From Phycisphaerae bacterium (GTDB lineage: Bacteria > Planctomycetota > Phycisphaerae > UBA1845 > Fen-1342), in NCBI GenBank assembly GCA_963675745.2, contig CAXXWX010000016.1, forward strand, positions 1 through 64,000: DNA of 64,000 nucleotides, read 5' to 3'. A program made the position numbers and the translations under genes. Below the pieces are notes generated by a model. That model worked only from the letters and a program-made list of their open reading frames with translations, did not search any database and was not told the origin of the DNA. The first letter of the stretch is position 1; every line of letters begins with the position of its first letter. This document shows positions 1 to 7,300 of the stretch, piece after piece.

Positions 1-316
1 AGGGGCGCGGGCGCATGGCCACGGGTGGAGCGCAGCGCAACCCGTGGGAAAGAATGCCCCCCCACCCAACCGCCCGCGAAGGGCGCGGGCGCATGGCCAC
101 GGGTGGAGCGCAGCGCAACCCGTGGAGAGAATGCCTACCCCGCCCAACCGCCCCGAAGGGGCGCCGGCGCATGGCCACGGGTGGAGCGCAGCGCAACCCG
201 TGGAAAGAATGCCTACCCACCCAACCGCCCCGCAGGGGCGCCGGCGCATGGCCACGGGTGGAGCGCAGCGCAACCCGTGGAAAGAATGCCTACCCACCCA
301 ACCGCCCCGAAGGGGC
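1..316. repeat. Tandem array of four ~78-bp palindromic units (REP/IS200-end-like), possibly truncated by the window edge
   Basis: Core CCACGGGT-GGAGCGCAGCGCA-ACCCGTGG hairpin starts at 19, 97, 175 and 252 (periods 78, 78, 77). Each unit is followed by a CGCCCCGAAGGGGCG-type hairpin. A fifth near-copy is at 31436-31465. Confidence 0.9.
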
Positions 317-376
317 GGGGGCGGGGTGCCCCGGCCCCGCGAGCCGTGTCGCGCACAGCGCCAACTCCGTCTCACC

Positions 377-589
377 GGTCGGCTTCAGCCGACCAGCCAT
401 TGCCACCAACTTCAGTTGGTGGGTAACGGCGCGCCCGGCTCCCCCCACCGGCAGCCGGCTTCAGCCGGGCTTCCAGAACCGTCGCAAGACGATAAGCCGG
501 CTGAAGCCCGGCTCTCCGCAGAGGCGACAGCGGCAACCACGAACCACCAGTTGAAACTGGTGGCAATGCCCGGTCGGCTGAAGCCGACC
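377..589. repeat. Nested inverted-repeat element (REPIN/MITE-like) built from TTCA/TGAA-core hairpins
   Basis: GGTCGGCTTCAGCCGACC (377-394) mirrors GGTCGGCTGAAGCCGACC (572-589). CCACCAACTTCAGTTGGTGG (403-422) mirrors CCACCAGTTGAAACTGGTGG (544-563). Inner pair is CCGGCTTCAGCCGG / CCGGCTGAAGCCC. A related copy is at 55109-55257. Confidence 0.85.
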
Positions 590-757
590 AAAGCCAGTTC
601 GCTTCAGCGTACGTCGTGCCACCCGGCGTAGCACGCCCCCGGTGCGCAACGTGGGTGCCCCGCCCCCTGGGGCGGGGCACCGACACTCTCGATTCGCACG
701 TTTCTGTTGTCTCCCCCCCCCTTCGGGGCGGCCGACCACCGCCGCCCCACAGCGCAC

Positions 758-2080
758 TCACCCCCCGGCGGCGCGATAGCGGGCGAGCAACTCGCGACTG
801 ATCTTCACATGTGGATGACCTTCGTCAAAGTGCTTGAGCCAGGCGGACAGCGCCTTCTCTTCCAAGCCCACCGCCTCGGCCGGCTTGCCCTCGTCAAACG
901 CGATGCCCGCCAGGTTGTGGTAGCGGATCGCCAAATTCGGGTGGTCGGCACCGAAGTGCTTCTCGTCGATCTCGATGGCGCGCTCCATCAGCCGCCGCGC
1001 CTCGGGCAGCTCGCCAAGCCCCTTGCGGATCATCGCCAGGTTGGAGTAGCTGATCGCCAGTGTCGGATGGTCGGCGTCGAAGTGCTTCTCGGCGATCTCG
1101 ATGGCCCGCTCCATCAGCCGCTGCGCCTCGGGAAGCTCGCCGAGACCTTGAAGGATCGTCGCCAGGTTGGAGTAGCTCCTTGCCAGCGTCGGATGGTCGG
1201 CACCGAAGTGCTTCTCCTCAATTTCGATGGCCTGCGCCATCAATCGCCGCGCCTCCGGCAGCTCGCCGAGGTTGTTGAGGATCATCGCCAGGTTCGAGTA
1301 GCTCGTTGCCAGCGTCGGATGGTCGGCGCCAAAGTGCTCCTCATCGATCTCGATGGCCCGCTCCATCAGCCGTCGCGCCTCGGGCAACTCGCCAAGGTCT
1401 TTTAGGATAGCCGCCAGGTTGGAGTAGCTGGTCGCCAGCGTCGGATGGTCGACGCCGAAATGCTTCTCGCCGATCTCGATGGCCCGCTCGATGCACCGCC
1501 GCGACTCGGTCAGTTCGCCGAGGTTCTTCAGGATCATCGCCAGGTTGGAGTGGCGGATTGCCAGCGCTGGATGGTCGGCATCGAAGTGCTTCTTGTCGAT
1601 CTCGATGGCCCGCTCCATCAGCCGCCGCGCTTCGGGCAACTCGCTGACGTCTATAAGAATCGTCGCCAGGTTGGAGTAGTGGGTCGCCAGCGTCGGATGG
1701 TCCTCGTCGAAGTGCTTCTCGTCGATCTCGATGGCCCGCTCCATCAGCCGTCGCGCCCCGAGTAACTCGCCGAGGTCTTGGAGGATCAGCGCCAAGTCGC
1801 TCGATGCGCCCGCGATTACCGCAGGAGGCGCGTCGTTCCATCGCTCCAGCAGGCTAACGCGCGCCTCCGCGGCAATTCGCGCTGCGTGGAAATCCCCCTG
1901 ATCTCTCGCCGCCATCACGAAATCGCCGAGGTCGTCAGAGAGGCTCTGAATATCGGCGTGTTCACGTTTGGCCTCAGTTAACAGAGTCTCAAGGCTCCGC
2001 CTTACGTGCTGCGCCCGTCTCAGAACGAGCGCGGGCGGGGTCCGATTGATGCTGTGCCGTGCAGGGTCTTCGTTACTCAT
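758..2080 (-). CDS. Tetratricopeptide-repeat protein with eight 42-aa TPR_10/TPR_12-like repeats; probable NLR sensor module
   Basis: Repeats follow LAxxYSNLAxILxxLGELPEARRLMERAIEIxEKHFxADHPT. The likely ATG at 2080 (MSNEDP) overlaps the stop of the upstream NB-ARC ORF by 8 nt. Confidence 0.85.
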   Translation of the reverse strand: MSNEDPARHSINRTPPALVLRRAQHVRRSLETLLTEAKREHADIQSLSDDLGDFVMAARDQGDFHAARIAAEARVSLLERWNDAPPAVIAGASSDLALILQDLGELLGARRLMERAIEIDEKHFDEDHPTLATHYSNLATILIDVSELPEARRLMERAIEIDKKHFDADHPALAIRHSNLAMILKNLGELTESRRCIERAIEIGEKHFGVDHPTLATSYSNLAAILKDLGELPEARRLMERAIEIDEEHFGADHPTLATSYSNLAMILNNLGELPEARRLMAQAIEIEEKHFGADHPTLARSYSNLATILQGLGELPEAQRLMERAIEIAEKHFDADHPTLAISYSNLAMIRKGLGELPEARRLMERAIEIDEKHFGADHPNLAIRYHNLAGIAFDEGKPAEAVGLEEKALSAWLKHFDEGHPHVKISRELLARYRAAGG

Positions 2081-3554
2081 CCGTGGCACGCGCCTTTCCA
2101 ACTGCTTGGGCAACATAGATCGCTTGCGTCTGGATCGCCACTGGAGGGGTTGGAAGCAGGGATATCGTCCCGCGCACGACACGGCGGGTTGCCGCCGATG
2201 CGAGCGTGTTGCCCTCTCTACGGAATTGTTCGCCAATCGCGTGGAGTGCAAGCACCCCGTACCATCCCATCGCGACCATCGACGCCGGTTTCCATTGCTC
2301 GACTAGGTCATACAGCCATTCCTCGATCGCGGCCCGCAGAGCTGTCCGATCGTCTTGCCGTGTCTGCTGCTGTAGGATTCCAGCCGCGCGTCGGCGGTGC
2401 AGCCGATGCACCGAAAGCAGCACATCATCCTTCGCCGCGGTCGTGAGCAAGTCGAGCTGCTGCAGATGGCCGACCACATCCGCCGGTGTCCTCGCCTTAC
2501 CCGACGGCTTACAGCCCAGATCGAGGCGGCGCTCTCCACGTTCCTGCGCTGCATCAGCCGCCAGCAGCACTTCCAGCCACGTCGGCACGATTTTGTCCGG
2601 CGGCAGCAGCGCGGCATAGTCGAGCACGCGAACCTCGGCCGCCGGCAACCGAGCCCGCAAGTCGTCCAGCACCTGCGCGGTCTTCCCGGCATAGCCGGTC
2701 TCGGCGCGGACCGCCTTGTTCTGGTCGGGTAGCTCGCTCAACGGCGCCTCGCAAAGATGTTCGGCATAGGCGCGCCAGTCGTCATCCTCATCGAGCTTCA
2801 TCAACGCTCCGACGGCAGCAACGGCGGCGGCCAGATGTTCAACCTCGCACAATATCGTCTCGATCGCCTCACGGTGGGCGCCATCCGTCGCCGATGGGCG
2901 GAACCGCGCCAACAGCGCGAACGCCTCTTCTTCGGTCAGCTTGCCGACCGTTACCTCACGCGTTCCAGGCAAATGCTCGGCCCGCGTCGTGACCAAGACG
3001 TGACAGGGCGGGCGAGGCAGGAAATCCTGAAATGACTTGTCGCTCCACTGCTCGGCATCCCGGACGTTGTCGAGAATGAGCAGGCAGCGCGGCTCTCGCG
3101 ACAGCATGGCCCGAGCATATCGCGCCCGATCTTCGTCGCTCACTTTGACGTCTGCTTTGTCCGTAAGCACGAGCGCGGCCAAAGCCGTTGCGAGCGATCC
3201 CGTTTCGCACTCTACTGCGAAACACCCGCCTGGATATCGGTTGCTGTATTCGTGCGCATAGGCGTAGGCCAGCACGGTCTTGCCGTGCCCGCCGTCGCCG
3301 CTGGCCACGATCTGCCCGGTAACCGTCGCCCGTTCGCCCTCGTCAAGCTGATCGGCCAGTGTTTTCATTACGGCTTTGCGCCGGACGTAATGTTCCAACA
3401 GGCGTGGCACACCGCTGTGGAGCTGCACAGAGTCCGGCACGGTGAAGATGTTCTTATTGTTGATCGTGCCCACATTCTTGACGACGGACGTAGCGGAGCC
3501 CTTTCCGACGGCGGGCATCGGCGTATCTTGATTAGTGGGCTGCTCGGGCATCAT
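2073..3554 (-). CDS. NB-ARC/STAND NTPase with a short N-terminal amyloid-like motif and no C-terminal repeats
   Basis: Walker A GDGGHGKT, Walker B LLILDN, VLVTTR, degenerate GLPL (EHLAAAV) and MHD-equivalent VHRL. N-terminus contains SVVKNVGTINNKNIF. Confidence 0.85.
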   Translation of the reverse strand: MMPEQPTNQDTPMPAVGKGSATSVVKNVGTINNKNIFTVPDSVQLHSGVPRLLEHYVRRKAVMKTLADQLDEGERATVTGQIVASGDGGHGKTVLAYAYAHEYSNRYPGGCFAVECETGSLATALAALVLTDKADVKVSDEDRARYARAMLSREPRCLLILDNVRDAEQWSDKSFQDFLPRPPCHVLVTTRAEHLPGTREVTVGKLTEEEAFALLARFRPSATDGAHREAIETILCEVEHLAAAVAAVGALMKLDEDDDWRAYAEHLCEAPLSELPDQNKAVRAETGYAGKTAQVLDDLRARLPAAEVRVLDYAALLPPDKIVPTWLEVLLAADAAQERGERRLDLGCKPSGKARTPADVVGHLQQLDLLTTAAKDDVLLSVHRLHRRRAAGILQQQTRQDDRTALRAAIEEWLYDLVEQWKPASMVAMGWYGVLALHAIGEQFRREGNTLASAATRRVVRGTISLLPTPPVAIQTQAIYVAQAVGKARATDE

Positions 3555-3560
3555 TGCTGC

Positions 3561-3899
3561 TTAATTGAATGTGTTGGTATTACTGATGGTGCCGGTGTTT
3601 GTTCCGACCACAGTGACCGACCCTTTCTCCACCGAGAGCGAGCCGACCAGCGTCGACGGTGTGCCCGTTTGTTGGGCCTTTAGAATCTCGACCACTTGGC
3701 CGGCCAATGCCTGGTCGGCTTCGAGGGCTCGCGCAATGTCGAGCGACAAGTTGGCATCGGCCGGCACCTTCGACCAGCCCAATAGCGACCTGATCCGCTC
3801 CCAGGCACTCTTCCCCACCTCCGAGGCCACGCCTTTTGTGACCTCCAGGGCCAAAACGGTGGCGCCGCTGGTCAGTGTTGCCAGTGTCACGGGATCCAT
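3561..3899 (-). CDS. Small Bell/HeLL-like helical protein (112 aa) with a C-terminal amyloid-like motif
   Basis: ATG at 3899 preceded by an AGGGAG SD. N-terminus MDPVTLATLTSGATVLALEVTKGVASEVGKSAWERIRSLL; C-terminus GSVTVVGTNTGTISNTNTFN. Its stop lies 6 bp before the NB-ARC start. Confidence 0.75.
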   Translation of the reverse strand: MDPVTLATLTSGATVLALEVTKGVASEVGKSAWERIRSLLGWSKVPADANLSLDIARALEADQALAGQVVEILKAQQTGTPSTLVGSLSVEKGSVTVVGTNTGTISNTNTFN

Positions 3900-4086
3900 G
3901 GCGATCTCCCTATGAGCCGCGTCTGCTAAAGACGCTGCGTGAGAGTCCACGGGACGCTGATTCCAGTCTACGATTATCCGCCCCGTGCATCCGAACGGGT
4001 GACCGGGGACCGCCCTGTCCGCGCACGCCGCGAGCGGATCGAGGTGGCGTCCCTGGACACGAAGATATTCTACTACTCAGGCCGCG

Positions 4087-4285
4087 ACGCGGCCAGCCAG
4101 CAGGTGCGGCGAGCCGCTCGTGCGAGAATCCTTTCTCGCACGTCCAGTTCCGGGAATCTTTTCCCGCGACATGAGGGTGCAGGATCGGAATCCTGCGTGT
4201 GTCGGTGCGAGATGGGAATCTCGCACCAGCAAGCACCAGCCGGCAGGTGCCGCAACGCGGCCAGCCAGCAGGTGCGGCGAGCCGC
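4087..4285. repeat. 31-bp direct repeat pair ACGCGGCCAGCCAGCAGGTGCGGCGAGCCGC
   Basis: Identical copies at 4087-4117 and 4255-4285, intergenic. Confidence 0.8.
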
Positions 4286-4297
4286 ATCTACCGCCGC

Positions 4298-4329
4298 TGC
4301 CTCGTTGCCTAGTTGCCTGGTTGCCTCGT
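4298..4329. repeat. Octamer tandem repeat (TGCCTNGT)x4
   Basis: tgcctcgt-tgcctagt-tgcctggt-tgcctcgt. A reverse-complement array (AGGCAACN)x4 is at 55030-55061. Confidence 0.75.
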
Positions 4330-4372
4330 TCCCTTGCGGCCTTGCGGCCTCGTGCCCTCGTCACCCCGCCTA

Positions 4373-7300
4373 TCACGTCCCGACCAGCGCCTGCATCAGG
4401 GCGTAGTCCTGCATGTCTACGTCGCCGTCCCCGTCGATGTCCACTGGTTCGCAGCCGGCGGCCGGACCGGATGCCGTCGGCCCGGTGATACAGGCGGTGA
4501 ACAGGCTCAGATCATCCGCATCGACGTCGCCGTCACCGTCCAGATCGCCATAGCGCTCCAGCGCTGCCGGGTTGCTGGCCACGGTGCCGCAGCGGCTACT
4601 GACGTCCACGTCGTAATACCCCAGGTCGCTGACGGCGACCGGGTTGACGGTCAGCGCAGCCGTCGTCGCGCCCGAGATATTACCGCCGTCGCTGAGCGGG
4701 CTGTTGTCGTGGTACCACTGATAGCTGAGCGTGTCGGTCGAAGCGGCGGTCACGGTAAACGTCGCCGAGCCGGTCAGATTGACGACCTGTAACGCCGGAT
4801 GCTGCGTGATCAGCGGCCAGGCCGACGCCGACCAGCGCGCGAGGTACATAGCCGGATCGCCGTCGGCGAACGTGAAATCGCCGCCGGCGTACAAGGCCTG
4901 ACCCGTCCCGTCATCATACGCGTGCAAAACGCGTACGGCGGTGATCGGTGAACCGCCGCTCATGCCGCTGCCGACCGCGCTCCAGGATGTCCCGTTCCAC
5001 TGCGCGACGTTGTCGGCCGCGCTGCCGCCGGCGGTTGAGAAGGAGCCGCCGGCGTAAAGGGCCGAACCGGCCCAGCCATCAAACACGCCGAGCGCCACGA
5101 CAAACGGGCTGGTACCGCCGATACCACTGCCCAACGCCGACCAGGCGCTGCCGTTCCAATTCGCGACATAGTTACACGCCGTGCCGCCCGCCGTGGTGAA
5201 TTGCCCGCCGGCAAACAACGCCGGTCCGGTCCCGTCGTCCCACACGGCCAGCGAATTGACGGTGTTGTTCATGCCCGTGCCGACCGCCGACCACGCGGTC
5301 CCATTCCATCTGGCGATGTAATTGCAGCTTGACCCGCCGGCGGTTGTGAAGTTGCCGCCGACATACAAGGCCGGGCCGCTGCCGTCATCAAAAACCGCCA
5401 GGCAAGTGGCGTAGCCGTTAAGGCCGCTGCCCAGCGCTGACCAGATCGTGCCGTTCCAGGCGGCGACGTGCGGCGAGCTGATTCCACCAGCGTTTGCGAA
5501 CTGGCCGGCAACATAAAGGTCGTCACCGGCGCCGTCATCGAATACCGCCAGGTCATACACGTACGTGTAAGGCACACCGCCGGTCAATCCGGTGCCAAGC
5601 GGCGCCCACGCGCTCCCGTTCCACATGGCGATACGTTCAGCGCTGCTGCCGTCGGCGTGATCGAAATCACCGCCGGCGTAAAGATCATCACCACCGCCGT
5701 CATCAAAGACGCACAGCGCACTCACCCGGCTGCCCCCATACGGATCGCCGCCGCTCATTCCCGTGCCCAGCGCCGACCACGCCGCCCCGTCCCACTTGGC
5801 CGCGTTGCCGGCGGTGTTTCCACCGATGGTGGTGAACGCGCCCCCGGCATACAGCGCATGCCCGCCGCCATCGTTGTAATCGACCAGGTCATATACGCCG
5901 GCGTCAGTCACGGGGCCAAGTTGCGGCCAGGAGCGGCCGTTCCACACCGAGATGTAGTTGGCGGTCACGCCGCCGGCGGAGGTGAAATCGCCGGCCACAT
6001 AGAGCATAGCGCCTCCCCCACCACCGTCGTCGTATTCAGCCATGGCCCAGACACCCGGGTATGTCCAGCCGCCACCGATTCCGCTGCCCAGCGCGGACCA
6101 GCTTCCGCCTTGCCACCTGGCGACCTCGTTAGCGGCCACACCGCCGGCGCTGCTGAAATGCCCGCCGACGTACAGTGCCTCGCCCAGCCCCTCATCGTGA
6201 GTACAGAGCGAATAGACCTGGCTGGAAGTGCCCGAGCCAAGCGGCGCCCAACTGGTACCGTCCCAGGCGGCGACAAAGTTGGCGCTATTGGAGTCGGCCG
6301 TCGTGAAATACCCGCCGGCATACAGCTTCTGACCATAGCCGTCATCGTAAACGGTGAGCGCGTTGACCACGCTGTTCATCCCACTGCCAAGCGGAGCCCA
6401 CCAGATGCCGTCCCACTCGGCGATGTAGTTCTTGCCCGATCCCCCCGCCCAGGTGAACCCCCCGCCGGCGTAGAGGTGCGCTCCGCCGCCGTCGTTATAG
6501 ACCGCCAGCGAGTTGACCACGCTGTTGAAACCGGCGCCGACGGCGGCCCAGGTCGAGCCGTTCCAACTGGCGATGAAGCTGGTGCTGGTGCCGCCGGCGT
6601 AGGTGAAATCGCCGCCGGCGTAGAGCTTGTCACCACTGCCGTCGTTCCAGACCGCCAGCGCATCGACGTATGTGTAACTCACACCGCCGCTCATCCCCGT
6701 GCCCAACTGCGACCACGTGGAGCCGTTCCACTTGGCGATGTAGTTGGCGGGATTGCCGCCCGCGGTAGTGAACCATCCGCCGGCGTACAGGGCCGCGCCC
6801 GAACCATCATCGTAGACGGCCAGCGTGTTAACCTGGTTGTTCAGCCCGCTGCCCAACGCCGTCCACGTCGTGCCGTCCCACTTCGCAATGTAGTTGGCGG
6901 TCACCCCGTCCACGGCGCCGAACAGCCCGCCGACATAAAGGGCCGGCCCGCCACCGTCGTCCCAGACCACGGCCGCGTGAATCCGACCGGTCGCGCCTGG
7001 CGGCCCAAATGCGCCCGCCCAGGCGCCGTCACATTCGGTGTCGGGAACCGTAAGCGTGGCCATGTCGCTGCTGGTGGGTCCACACGGATTCGTGACCACA
7101 ACGTCATAGTCGCCCGCGTCGCTCAGTCCGACCGGGCTGATGGTCAGCATCGGGGCCGTGCTGCCGGTGATGTTGCCCACGTCGCTGAGCGGCGTGCCAC
7201 CCTTGTACCATTGGTACGTCAGCGGAGCGACACCACTGGCGCTCACTGTGAAGACCGCAGCGTATCCGACCGGCACGGTCTGCGATTGCGGCTGTTGCGT

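Noticed and set aside
1..316. Possible CRISPR array (palindromic ~30-bp repeats at regular spacing)
   Set aside because: The intervening sequences are near-identical rather than unique spacers, and no cas genes are in the window.
15..761. ORFs of 100-195 aa over the repeat region
   Set aside because: They are translations of palindromic repeats with no protein-like composition or SD.
810..1815. Diversity-generating retroelement target
   Set aside because: No reverse transcriptase and no template/variable repeat pair with adenine-specific differences; the variation fits tandem-repeat divergence.
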